64,000 bases of DNA from Basidiobolus meristosporus CBS 931.73 (GCA_002104905.1 MCFE01000418.1:1-64000); one strand, 5' to 3'; counted from the stretch's first letter, positions 22,050-34,477 are shown. Numbers and translations: made by a program. Notes: generated from the letters alone by a model not told the origin.

Positions 22050-24549
22050 GATGATAGTCAGCCAGGAAGTAGTGTAGGTGTGCAAAGTGAGTCACTACCA
22101 AATGCTTCAGTAGTAATCCCTGTGAGAAAAAAACCCAGGAGAAGATGATGCAATTGCTTTGAATTGCTCACATTTGTAATGATCCCAACAGCCCTTTTTT
22201 TTTGCAATCCAAATTGAGCCATTGCAAATCAGTGATCATCCAATTTTTGATATAAGCAATATCAAGGTTGTCTCACATTTGAGACAGAACCCCTATAAAT
22301 AAACACCCTGCATATATATACATCATCTGTAATACCAGTGCAGCTATTGGATCTGTTTTGCACCTACACAATTGCTTGCGTGCTGGCTATGACACCTTGT
22401 CCAATCACTAGGATCAGGGATTTACTTGCTTGATGAGCAAAATGAGATATTTGATGGTGAATCAGGTAGCTTTTTTAGTAGTCAATGAGCCAATTGGGGG
22501 GCTGCCAGCTTCAGGATACTTTTGGACCAATTAACCACTGAGATACCGTCCAATTGGAGTGAGGGTAACCAAAATGGTAAGTATTAGTGTAGTTTATAGT
22601 GTGATACACATTTATTTCCATTTACATTAAAGAAACATATCCAAATACCGGATTTTACCTGCCATAATGGCGGTATCCAATTGCGCATGTGATGCAAATA
22701 TTACAAGTTGGCGCGATCATCCGTTCCAACCTCATTGTGTCAGATTGTGCCATAGTGTGCAAGATTGTCCCGCATAGTGCAAAATTGTCCAAGAACAATC
22801 CTTCCTTCTGGTAGCTATAATATTGCGCCCAATTGTTCTTTACAACCGCAGATTGCGCCGCATGCCCTGGCACGGTACAATGGAACAAGTCTAATATGGG
22901 ATGAAGCCAGCAAATTTGTGGTACAGAATGAAACACTGTACTAAATTGTGGATGGAAGCCTATTGCCTATTGCCCTGATGTTGCTTGCCTGGATTTAATA
23001 CACAAGCCACACAGTAGATATGGACATCTTGGAATTGAAGGAACCTATAGCCTTGTGAAAGCCAGAGCATGGCGGCCCAGAATGAAATAAGACATTGAGA
23101 AGCTAGCAGAAACATCTCAAATTGCCAAATCAACCAAGGCCAACCGCAGAGAATTGCTGAACTCTTTCCATTAGAGCCTGTAAGACCATCTGAAAGATGG
23201 GAAATTGACTTTATTGGATGACTGCCAACTACCAGGAAATGCAACCATTAGATCCCAGTAGCAACTGACCATGCCACCAAATGGCCAGTGGCTAAAGCAG
23301 TACCTGTAGCCAGTGAACAAGAAGTTGCAAGTTTCATCAGCCATGAGATCCTTATGAAGCATGGATGACCTGTAGAGATTCTATCCAATAGAGGAGCAAA
23401 CTTTATGGCAAAGACATTGGAAGCTTACCTAGAAATGCAGCACATTAAACATGTGAAAACCTTGGCATATCACCCTAGAACCAATGGAGTCACTGAGCAA
23501 CTTGATGGGTTATTTGGAAAAATGCTGACCAAGTATGCAAATGGAGCTGTCAGAAGATGGGATGAGTACATAGACTAAGTACTCTTTGCATGCAGAGTTA
23601 TAGTACACAACACCACCCAACAATTGCCATTTTACTTAGTGTATGGATGTGAACCAAGGATTCCAGGAGTTCTCACACAACCAAAGCTTGCAGATGCCTT
23701 AGTAGATGAGCTCAGGTAGCCAAGTACACACCAGCAACTGGAAAAAAGATGTCAAGAGGTACAGGCCAAAGTATCTCAAAGTGCAGAAAAGATGAAGCAG
23801 AGATTTGATAAGACTATATCACCAGAATCATTGACAGCTGGAAACTTTATATTGCTGAGAAACAATACTTGGAAGAAGCTTGAGCCCCAATGGATGAGAC
23901 CTTTTAAGATCATCAGAGAATGTCTTTTTGCTACTTACTACTAGTGGACAAGCTAGGGAATATCCAGGAGGAGCCAGATAACTTTGCATTATTTTTTGAT
24001 TGCATATATATGGAAGTCAGTCAAACCAAAGGGGAAATAGTGTTACATATACTGGTGTATGTGTTGTCACAACTTTATTTCAAATGCTTACTTTGGTGGG
24101 TCATCATTAAATCTTACATTCATGTAGGTGCAATGTCTCAAATGCAAGACTGTCTTAAATTCACATGAGTATTGACCAAAAAGTAATATTATAGTGTAAT
24201 GTTGTTGAAGGTCAAACTGTTTGCCCCATGGACAAGACTACTTTGATTCAATACCATAAGAGAAGAGACAAAAGACCATGTGGCTATTGTAGCAAGTCTC
24301 TCAGCCATGATGCATGCAGACAGCATAGGAAGTAATACAAGGATCATGGCCAGTATTGTGCCACACAAGTCATATTTGACCATTCATCAGTCACTACTGT
24401 ACCATCATTATCTTGCCAGCCAGTTGATGCTTCTATATTGGCACCAGGCTGTCTTTGTCACCTAAGTAAACTGAATCAGGTGAGTTTGTGATGCCAATAG
24501 GCTCACCCCAGCCTTCTGAATATAGATTTTGAGCCTCACTCCCCTAACA

Positions 24550-27330
24550 ACAGTATTATGCATGAGCCCATCAAATCCCTATATGCCAATAGACAATACC
24601 CATTGAAACAAATGCCAAGAATACTTTATGGAGCCAAGTGAGCCCAGTAATCCACCTACTGGTAAATGATATAATGTTGTGGATAGAGAAGTGGGGTACT
24701 TCCACTAATATCAGTAATGGGGGCTTTGAGGATTTATAACTACTTCTTGCCAAGATCATACTGGGATGCAACTAACCATGTACATGGTACAAGTGGACGG
24801 CCGTCATGTGGCTGGCAACATATGATTTGGAGATTGTCCTGATTCCAGCATGTGTTAGCAGTTGCATGGCATTCACATCCAAAAATGCTACCATTGCAAA
24901 TGTCCAAGTTGTCAGGAATCCACCACCATCAAGGGAAATTATTGTTCACACTCCAGATATATTCCAGTAATACCCTGTCTGAGGAAGCAGATGCAGTCCA
25001 ACAAATATTGCAAAGTTATGCAGTACTGCACTCAGTATCAATCAAGCGCAAATATATCCAATATATTTGATGGCAAACATTACAAACAGCTAAGAAGCAA
25101 GGGCTACTTTGAAAGTATGTATTACCATGCCTTTGCCTTAACACTTAATGGATTCTTGTTAAATAAGTACTCTACCAGCAAATCTTGATGGCCACTGATT
25201 CTCATCAATCTGAATCTCCCACCCATCTTATGGTATCAGAGCAATAATCTGATGGTAGTCTCACTGGTATCTGGGCCTAAATCACTGTCCAACCTGGATA
25301 GCTACCTGTATCCATGGCTGGATGAATCTTGTATGCTTTCTAGCAGGATAACAGTGCATATTATTAACTGCATTGGAGATACCCCAGCCATCAGCAAGAT
25401 AGCAGTTTTTTCCTGGCACAATGGACAGCATTGCTGTCAAATGTGTTAGATCCAGGGAATTTACTCAATAACTCACACACATTACTATTACCAAAACATC
25501 CGCACTAAGAACATCAACTTTTCACAGAGAGAATGCACAGAAGCCAGCACGTAACTGCAGCAAAGTTGGCAAGCTATAGGCCATTGGCCAGAATATGGAA
25601 TCAATTGGAAACCAGAGATACTTAAGATAGAGGGTATCTGTTGAAGCAAAAGCTTTCCACTGGGAGCAATGCACTACTTTTCAACAATATTCCTATACTG
25701 ATGACCAAGTTGTACCTGGGGCATTTCAAGCTAAATGAGCCCTTTGAGATGCTGGAGATGTTTGAAAGAATTGGCAATATATTACATAGTATCCACTTGC
25801 CTAAGTACTTCTCACAGGCTCTAATCAATATTCATCTGCATATGCAACAATACAAATGCAAAGACTGGATGAACTGGATATGTATTTATTCAGGTGGCAT
25901 TCTGAAGCCATTCCTACCAAGAGTATACTGGAAGCATTGGGAGTTATATGTGGACATTATTGGAATATTTATCCAGAAGTGGATCACCAATGCCAACTTG
26001 ACACATCTACAGCTGTTGTACAGGGAGTTTGCGACGGGATTCAAGTGGCTATACTACAAACATGATGCTTAACATGTAGATCTCTGCTACTAAGGTGTCC
26101 AATCTCTACTCCATCTTGCATGGTGTGTGGAGAATATTGGACCTTGCTTCACCTTTTGGGAGTTTCCTATGGAGCAGATGTGTGGGGAGATAGGAAGACA
26201 AGTTGAGTTGCAGGTACTACCATATCCCAATCCCATTAAGAATACTACCTGCAAGTCTGTCATGGATGTGATGAGTTGGTGCATGGAGGACAGCCATGAA
26301 GAGTTGGAAAATACTGAGGACAAATGTGCACATGGAGACATCTATGCCTATGGCATTCAGAAGCTAAGCAGCCCCAATGTGTGGGTAATTAGTTAAGTAA
26401 TTCAAAGTTGGGTTGGGTGCAACAGGCAACTAATCTTTATTAGAAAAACTCTACCAAGGTATGCCGGATTTCTCCTGGTCACAAGCCAACTTCTGCACCA
26501 TTCAATACAGAATTTTCACAAACAAAAGCTATAGTGCACCTATAGGGGGGACTAAAATCCAGCAGGGAGAAGGAATATATTGGCTAAAACCAAGAAGTTC
26601 TTTGCAGATATTCAGGAGGTATTCAGGGCAGAAGTGGCAACAACTAAGCATAAGTTTGCAAGATGTATATGTTACCAACAGTACAAGGTATATGGCAACT
26701 TTGCAAGTGTTACACTAAAAAGCCGTAAATTTGAGGTGATAGAAGTATGTCAATTGTGGCAGGTGTGCATGTTTGTAGTGGTTACTAAGCAGGAGGCCAT
26801 AGTTTTTTTTGATTTAAACTATATGTGGAATACTCAAGGTAGTAGTGGGTAAGCAAATAAAGATGGTGATTCTACAGTGGAATATATGAATTGCACAAGG
26901 GGAGGTAGAAAAAGGAAATATCATTTGGTAAATTGGTACAGTAGCATTATACCGAATCAGCTGTAAGTCATCATACTGCTAATATAATGCCATCAGAGTC
27001 TTGCCGTGAGGCCGTCAAAGAACTGTCAAGTTTCTTACCATATAAAGCAATTGGATATCCTGGCTGGTTGGATCCACTTGAAATAGTTGTAGAGTGCTAA
27101 AAGACTGCAGCAATACCATGCAATTATTGCCATAACACCAATTGAATCTTGTTGTGTTTTATCCCTTTGTTTGGTAGTAAAATCATCAAGACACCATTGT
27201 GATCCTGTAATAAGATTGTTAAGATGGTCACAAGTTCCAAGCTGCTGGTATTATGATGGTCTTTAAATGGGATCCTGATTGCTGATCTGAATTGGATCCA
27301 CCTGTGGGACCAAATTAATTTTCATAGGGT
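24550..27330 (+). mobile_element. Degenerate CACTA/CMC-type transposon, copy A, with its 3' terminus preserved
   Basis: Motifs CVSSCMAF...CKCPSC, NIFDGKHYKQL, GPKSLSNLDSYL, GDTPAISK and GPCFTFWEFPMEQMCG (tnp2 + DUF4218-like). Ends in TTTTCATAGGGT. The 5' boundary is approximate. Confidence 0.75.
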
Positions 27331-27344
27331 TTAAATGTATGTAA

Positions 27345-28041
27345 TGTTGTACAAGCTTGTAGTTCCACCTAAATATTCAACTAACTTAGTCACTTAGATC
27401 ATTACCTTCAAATCCTAGAGAATACCAACCAAAATCTTTGTTGGGATTTACTTAGAATATTTTCAGCAAAATATCAGGTACCTAGAACATGAAAATCCAC
27501 AAAGTTGCTCAAACTGTTGTAAGAGTCTTGGAGATATTGGAAGTGATTTGGGAGAACAAGTAGATTATGTGGTTTTCACTTAATGATATATTGAATGTAA
27601 AAGTAGTATTTATACTTTTACCAGGTCTTGGCATTACAAACACGTAGAATAGGTTAAGGAAGGTCCCAAGAACATGTGTGCAAAGTTTGGGCTGTTTAGA
27701 CAACTTTGAGAATTTTCATGTTCTGGGTACCTGGTATTTTGGTGAGAATAGTCTAAGTAAATCCCAACAAGGAGTTTGGTCAGTATTCTCTAGGATTTGA
27801 GGGTAATGATCTAAGTGACTAAGTTCGGTGAATATTTAGGTGGAATTACAAATTTTTATAACACAAACAGCCTCAAATTTTGCACACATGCTCTTGGGAC
27901 CTTTTGCAATCAATTCTACATGTTTATTATGCCAAGCCCAGGTAAAAGTATAAATACTACTTTTATATTCAATAAATCATTAAGCAAAAAGCGCATAATC
28001 TATTAGTTCTCCCAATAAATTTCCCCAAGACTCTTACAATA
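27345..28041 (+). repeat. Solo LTR of copia family B, split by a second solo LTR
   Basis: Homologous to LTR 60377-60725, with flanks TGTAA/TGTAT. Confidence 0.85.
27515..27863 (-). repeat. Inner inverted solo LTR of copia family B (349 bp)
   Basis: Full-length reverse-complement LTR with a perfect CAAAC TSD (27510-27514 and 27864-27868). Confidence 0.92.
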
Positions 28042-28046
28042 TGTAT

Positions 28047-30717
28047 GACCATTCCTTTCACCTCAAGCTAAATGAGCCATTTGTAATATCTTGCCAAGTA
28101 TCTCAGATCTCACCAGTATTGCAGAGTATCTGCTACCCTAAGTACTTCTCATGGGCTCTTGTCAATACTCATACATATGTGCAACAATACAAGTGCAAGG
28201 ACTGGATGAACTGGGTATGTATTTATTCAAGTGGCCTTCTGAAGCCATTGCTGCCCAGAGTACATTGGAAGCATTGAGATTCATATGTGGACATTGTAAG
28301 AGTATTTATTCTAAAGCGGATCACCAATGCCAACTTGACACATCTACAGCTTTTGTACAAGGGATTTATGATAGGATTTGAGCAGCCATACTACAAACAT
28401 AAAGCTGAATGTGTAGATCTCTGCCACTGCTGTATCCATTTGCTAATCCATCTTGCTTGGTGTGTGGAGAATATTGGACATTGCTTCACCTTTTGGGAGT
28501 TTCCTATGGAGCAGATGTGTGGGGAGATAGGAAGACCAGTCAAGTTGCAGGTACTACCATATCCCATTCTCATCAAGAATATTACTTTCAAGTCTGTCAT
28601 AGTTGTGATAAGTTGGCACCTGGAGGACAGCTAGGAAGAGTTAGAAAGTACTGAGGACATATGTGCGCATGGAGACACCTATGCCAATGGCATTAAGTAG
28701 CTAAGCAGCCCCAATGCATGGGTAATTAGTTAAGTAATGCAAAGTTGAGTTGGATGCTGCAATCAACAAATTTTTTATTAGGAAAACTCTACCAAAGTAT
28801 TCAAGGTTTCTCTTGGTTACAAGACAACCGCTGTAGTGGGGTGACAGTGACACCCACTGACAGATGTGCTCATTCCCTTATTTTCTACTTCTCTATATCT
28901 CTACTACACTAATTTTAGTTTTATCCCATTTGTCTTACCCAATCATTACTATCCCATAAGCCAGTTGAGTATCACACCTGCTTACCTTATTGCATAAGTT
29001 ACCCCTCACTTTGTGTAAGAATACTAGCTATAAGTGCTTCTATATTAGACAAGTACCTGCCCCAGTACCCGTGACACATGATCAACCCATGCCACCATCC
29101 CTACCATTTCCACACCATATATGGTATCCCTATGTTACACAGGTTTCAGAATACTGATACCTGATTGGTTGGATGTGCTGTGCCTCTTAGAACCTTCTGG
29201 CACCTATTTAGAACATTCTTAGGTCATTCTGATGTCATTAAGATTTCTATAGATATCTGGGACCTTCTGGAACACCATGATTAGTAATCACTTAGCCAGT
29301 AAGAAAAGTATATAAGGGAGGCTATCCCCCAACAATAAATCATCATCCCTTTTATCAATATACCAACTTGTTGATCAGTGTGATCACTGCTACCTGAACT
29401 TCCAACCACAGGACACTCCCAGGAAACTGCGCTGATAGCCAACTGACCTTGGAGGCCCTACTTGTGAGGAATACTCAGAGTAGGTATCTTTTATTATATT
29501 GGATTCTTTCCCAAGTTTGTTCTTGTACAGGCAAAGATACTTTTCTGTCTTTGTAACTATTGACCACAGCTGCATTCTTATCAAGTCCCTGCTGGTGGAG
29601 TTTACAGTTGTTTTGACTTTGGAAGCTTTAGTACATTGTCATCTCAAAGGACGCTGAACCCAGCACATACTTTTGTTAAGACGCCAACTAAGTTGGGGAT
29701 TGTAGCTCAATAGTTTTCCCTTGACAAGCTTGTGGCTTTATTACCCTTCACATTAGATAAGAAACAGAACCCAAGTATTCCTAGCAAGCTTTTGCCAGAG
29801 GTTATTGCACCCAGTGAACACCCCACACACAAAACACTTGAGAAGTGTTGGACGTATATCTCCCTTGGACCTATTCACTACCACACCGCCACTCAATACA
29901 GAATTTGCATAAACAAAAGCCAGAGTGCACCTATAAGGGGGACTAGAATCCAGCTGGGAGAAGGAGCATATTGGCTGAATACCAAAAAGTTATTTGCAGA
30001 TATTCAGGAGGTATTCTTGGCAGAAGTGGTGGCAACCAAGCATATGTTTGCAAGATGTATATGTTGCCAGCAATACAAGGTATATGGCAACTTTGCAAGT
30101 ATTGCACTAAAAAGCTGTAAAGCTGAGGTGATAAAGTATGTCAAATGCAGCAGGTGTGCACATTTGTAGAGTTTAGTAAGCTAGAGGCCATATATTTTTT
30201 TTGATTTGAATTATATGTGGAATACCCAAGGTAGTAGTGGGTAAGCAAATAAAGAGAGGTGATTCTACAGTGGAATATATGAATAGTGCAAGGGGAGGTA
30301 GAACAGGGAATTCCATTTGGTAAATTGGTATGGTAGCATTATACAGAATTAGCTGTAGGCCACCATACTGCCATGATAATGCCATCAGAGGCTTGCAATA
30401 AAGCCATCAAAACATCAAGTTTCTTACCATATAAGGCAATTGGATGTACTAACCAGTTAGATCCATGCAAACAGTTGTAAAGTTCATTAAGAATGCAGCA
30501 TTACCATGCAACCCTTGGCAAAACATTGCCTAAACACCATCATGTTTTTTAACCTTATTTGGTGGTAAAATTAGCCAAATGCTGTTATGATCCCATCATA
30601 AGATTGTGTTGTGTCATTAATTCCAAGGTGCCAGTATTATAATGGTCTTTTGACGGGATCCTGACAGCTGATCTGGATTGGATCCACCCTGCAAGACAAA
30701 AATATTTTTCATAGGGT
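28047..30717 (+). mobile_element. Degenerate CACTA/CMC-type transposon, copy B (3' half), interrupted by a solo LTR
   Basis: CVENIGHCFTFWEFPMEQMCGEIGR and KKLFADIQEVF match copy A. It has the same 3' terminus, ending TTTTTCATAGGGT. Confidence 0.75.
28832..29885 (+). repeat. Probable ~1.05-kb solo LTR (gypsy-like)
   Basis: TG...CA insert flanked by a CCGC (or ACCGC) direct repeat, with a TATA box (GTATATAAGG) followed by AATAAA. The CMC sequence resumes after it. Confidence 0.6.
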
Positions 30718-32448
30718 ATTAGCCAGAACCTTTCTGCTAATATTTCTGCCACTCTCTGTCAATTCTAAGATTCTGCACTTAATTGTCCCTTTGGTTAAGC
30801 TAAGCTATTCAAGAGCTTTTAGTACACCTTTCTCTTTGATACAACAATGATTGAACAAAATGGGTTGGTAGGTGTATATACATAATGCACAACATGTCAT
30901 CAATTAATAGCTGAGACACTTTTGTAGAGGCCTCTAATTGGCATATTTCTTCTTTACCCACAAGTGAGTCTGTGTTATGGCAGTAGTACATTGTGCAGTC
31001 ACACCTAATGAGATAAAAGCTGACACATTTGACCATACTATGTATGATTTGCAAACATACCGTACAGATCAAATTTGATCAGTGGTATAACACCTATTTA
31101 TATGAGTGGTTAAACTGAATAGAAGTGTTGGGAGTACTCAGCCTTATGTGCCTCCTATGTCCTTTAACAGTGCATTCATGCTATGGATCTGAGAAAAAAC
31201 AAAGCATATATCACTTGCATTTGGCAGCTAGTAGGGCAAATGAAAATCCCCTATCACTGTTCTACCATCATGTATAACAAATACAAGGGTGCCAGTTCAA
31301 GCTAGGAGCTCCCACTGCTTGGGAGTCTGATGTTATTATGGAGAAGGGGCATGTTTCTGGTACAAATATGGAGCAACTTCCAATTCTTGGTCTCTAAACT
31401 CAGTCAAGTCCTCCAGCAGGACTTGCACTGTCAGCTAAATATCCCAGATATTTCCACCTGCTCCTTACAGGATGCATGCATATATTGAGTTATAACCGCA
31501 ATAGCCTTTCTGCATAGTAACTAGGTGTGCAACACTCTGTGAGATCCAATGAAACGTAAGTGGCTTGCCATTGGCTGGTCTGCCAGCAACATAAAAAGAA
31601 GTTACATTGGTTTTGTGCAAGTATGGTAGCCCCTAGGAGTGCCCATTTTGATAAAGGAAAACTGGTTAGCATGGGAGATTGCTTGTAAGACTGCACTCCA
31701 GATGCTTAAGGATGGTTCCATCAAGCTGGCGTACCTCAGTGTACCAGATTAAAGAGCAGAACTTATAGTCAACATAGGGCTGTACTATTGGAGACGTACT
31801 TGGTCAGGGTCTAGTATCATGGAGCAGCAGTGGCTAGAATTGGATGGCCATAGGCCACAACTATGAGTGTTGACCACGGTACGATATTACCCGACTGCAC
31901 GACGTTTTAGCCACATGAGTGGTAATGTCAACGCGCATTCTACCAAACCTCACAAATCGTATCTATGAAGCAACACGTCGAAGTCTCGTCGAGAGCGATG
32001 GATCGGGAGGAGGTGGTGTCCGATGGTTCCACTCGTATCTCCCCCGACCAGGGACGGTCATCCCGTGATCTGGATGGGATATGGCCTGCCATCTCGTATA
32101 TCTGAAACGACGATATGACACGCACATGACACACTGCTGAAATGATCCCTCGCGTGGTGGCTGATGCGCCCGCCTCCAAGGTACGATGGGAGTCCACAAA
32201 CCCGATCCATCCTGCGATAGCCCGTGCATTCGTCCAGCCGACGAATACACCATTCATTTCCATTCATCTGGATGCATCGGGCTGAGCCACCCAGCTGCGA
32301 ATGCCCCTCTGAAACGGAGTTTCACCGGATGTTGCGAGGGAGGGTCGCTACGCGTGCGAGAACAGTTATTCGGACGCATAAATACCAGGGCCTCCAAGGA
32401 GTCCACCCATCCCACTTCCACCCACCTCCTTCGACTTCCACCAGCAGC

Positions 32449-33057
32449 ATGAGACTCGTCGCCACCACCGCACTCTTCGTCCTGGCCTTCAGCCAGATCG
32501 CCACCGCGGCCAGCGTGGCCGGATTGAACGAGGCTGGTGATGAGAGTGCCAACATCGATCCCAGCTTCCGGGACTACGTGCCAAACTTCGGAGGGTTCAA
32601 GTCGGCAACGAAGAACCTGGCCTCGAGAACATACGGCATAGCCTCCCGGATCACCAAGGGGATCGGCAGCGGCCTAGGATACTTCCTTGGTGGCTCCGGG
32701 GCCCGTGGGAACTCCGGAGGTCGGGCTCGCGGGGCGATCGAGGGGGACATGGGCCGCGGCATCGGCCCCCAGATGGCAGGGAACTTCCGTGGAAGCGGAA
32801 AAGGCAACCTCGCCGATATCGTCGGTGGGAAGATCGATGGTGGTGGAAAGGGATCGGGCGGATTGAACTTCGGCAAAGCCCCCCGCAAGGGGATCAAGTT
32901 TGTTCCCCCCGTGGCCGGCGCGAAAGTGGGGGATTTCAAGGAGGGACTTGAATCGGCCAAAGGAAAGCCGGTCGTCTTACCCGTCAAGCTGGGCAAGGTA
33001 ACCAAGGCGGCGAAGGCGATCGGCCATTCTGCCCCCAAGCCCAAGGCTGCCCCTTAG
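32449..33057 (+). CDS. Secreted glycine-rich protein, paralog 1 (202 aa)
   Basis: Signal peptide MRLVATTALFVLAFSQIATA, acidic spacer, Gly-alternating core shared with two neighbours, Lys/Pro-rich tail. CATAAATA lies upstream, so the longer 32224 start is unlikely. Confidence 0.85.
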   Translation: MRLVATTALFVLAFSQIATAASVAGLNEAGDESANIDPSFRDYVPNFGGFKSATKNLASRTYGIASRITKGIGSGLGYFLGGSGARGNSGGRARGAIEGDMGRGIGPQMAGNFRGSGKGNLADIVGGKIDGGGKGSGGLNFGKAPRKGIKFVPPVAGAKVGDFKEGLESAKGKPVVLPVKLGKVTKAAKAIGHSAPKPKAAP

Positions 33058-33588
33058 AATCCGTTGTTCATGTACATGAATATAGAGCTTCCTAGATCAC
33101 AGTGTATTAAATAAACTACGCCCCCCTTTATTGAGAATTGTTGTGCATATCCTAAGCCACTATGGCCACATTGCTATGATGGTGTGCGGTTATCAGACAG
33201 TCCAACGGATGGGATGATGGTGTGCGATTATCAAAGACAGTCCAACGGATGGGATAATTGTAAGTTCAGGAAACGCCATGTGTGTTCTACTTGGCTTGTA
33301 GGCGAACGTTGATGAAAACACATGAGCCTTGGTTGTTAGTAGATCACCGCAACTAGGATGCCCGGCCACATCAGTAGCAAACAATTGATTTGACTGGTGA
33401 GAACAGCCATTAGCATGGCTCCACATGAGCAACAAGCATCGCCAAGTATTCCTGACTACACGTGGAGTGATCCCTTCCCCAGAAGGAAGGCCAATAAGCG
33501 CGAGATGAGATAAATGCAAACACTGAAACCAAGATTAAGTGGAGAACCAGTTTTTATTGAAGAACTTGAAGATTCTAATGCGGGGAAC

Positions 33589-34182
33589 TTAAGCCTCGTA
33601 TTCAGGCTCAGCCTCAGCATAACCAGCGCCATCCCCATCGCCGCCACCACGAACGGGTTGAACAGCGCGGATTGGTTGAATCGCGGGGCCACCGTAACCG
33701 CTAGCCCAGTCAAGTCCTTCATTGTAGTCATCATTCTTGTAACCAAGCACAGGGGCGTCAACCTTGAGTCCGCCACGGTAGCGGTTACCGAAACCTAATC
33801 CTCCAGATCCCTTACCTCCACCCTTGATCTCCCCTCCGAGAATGTCCTTGAAGTTACCGGCTCCCTTACCGCGGAAGTTACCGGCGAAGCCAGTACCAAA
33901 ACCGCGTCCGAAGTCACCTTCGAGGGCACCGCGAGCGCGACCTCCGAAGGAGCCTCCGATACCAGAGCCGTCCAGGACATGTCCAAGACCACTTCCAACA
34001 CCGACGGCAATTCTCTTACCGAGTCTACCGGCGTATCTTCCAATGGAGTTACCGATGTCGCCGAAACCGAATTCCTCGGTGGTGGCAGCTTCCTCGCCGA
34101 CCTCATTAATGTTCACGCTGTATGCGAAAGCGGTATGGCTGGCAGCGAGGGCAACAAGACCGGTGGCAACGATGAATCTCAT
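33589..34182 (-). CDS. Secreted glycine-rich protein, paralog 2 (197 aa)
   Basis: Signal peptide MRFIVATGLVALAASHTAFA. The core GSGLG...GGRARGALEGD.GRG...AGNFRG.G.GN..DI.GG.I.GGGKGSGGL.FG aligns closely with paralog 1. Confidence 0.88.
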   Translation of the reverse strand: MRFIVATGLVALAASHTAFAYSVNINEVGEEAATTEEFGFGDIGNSIGRYAGRLGKRIAVGVGSGLGHVLDGSGIGGSFGGRARGALEGDFGRGFGTGFAGNFRGKGAGNFKDILGGEIKGGGKGSGGLGFGNRYRGGLKVDAPVLGYKNDDYNEGLDWASGYGGPAIQPIRAVQPVRGGGDGDGAGYAEAEPEYEA

Positions 34183-34477
34183 GATGTCGGAAGATGGAGA
34201 GGAAGTGGAAGAGTGTGAGGGATGAGGAATACTGGAGCGAGTGGCCCCCTTTTTAAAGAGATTCCGGCCACCGTCTGAAACGCATTATGAATCAGGGGCT
34301 GCAGCTTTCAGAATGGGATACTTGAAATGTTCCCTCTGTCACACACTCTGTTTGAGCCCCTGACCGGGATCCTATGCGATGGATCTGGCTCCTTGTTACA
34401 GACAATGGCAACATAGCATATGGGTATAAAGCCCGTACTACCCTGGATCTATCCATTCCCATCCTACCTCTGCCACC

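Larger units (their letters stand above)
19489..22892. mobile_element. PIF/Harbinger-ISL2EU (PHIS)-type DNA transposon, 3404 bp, with two divergent ORFs
   Basis: TIR AGACTTGTTCC-N8-GTGCCA at both ends, subterminal GTGCCA/GGCAC repeats, flanks ATT/AAT. Removing the element restores the gypsy pol frame (KKI-L/I-WDEASKF). Confidence 0.9.
16145..24040 (+). mobile_element. Decayed Ty3/gypsy retrotransposon interrupted by the PHIS element
   Basis: 5' LTR candidate TGTTA...TAACA (16145-16513) and PBS TGGTAGCAGC (16515-16524). Domains: gag knuckle CFNCHKQGHIAK*C, protease [32 protein letters not shown], RNase H SDYAIGGVLSQ, integrase H-H-C-C/YHPRTNG at 22.9-23.9 kb. Purine tract at 24028-24040. Confidence 0.85.

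Noticed and set aside
30718-31870. Possible LINE remnant (PLGVPIL...WLAWEIAC)
   Set aside because: The motifs are too weak and fragmented to call.
31940-32448. Several ORFs upstream of Gly-rich paralog 1, including the 32224 start
   Set aside because: They use non-ATG starts, and a TATA-like element and the signal peptide place the true start at 32449. This is probably promoter DNA.
32574-34225. Pro-rich antisense ORFs over the Gly-rich genes (32574-33044, 33824-34225)
   Set aside because: They are mirror frames of GGN codons and lack signal peptides and promoter features.
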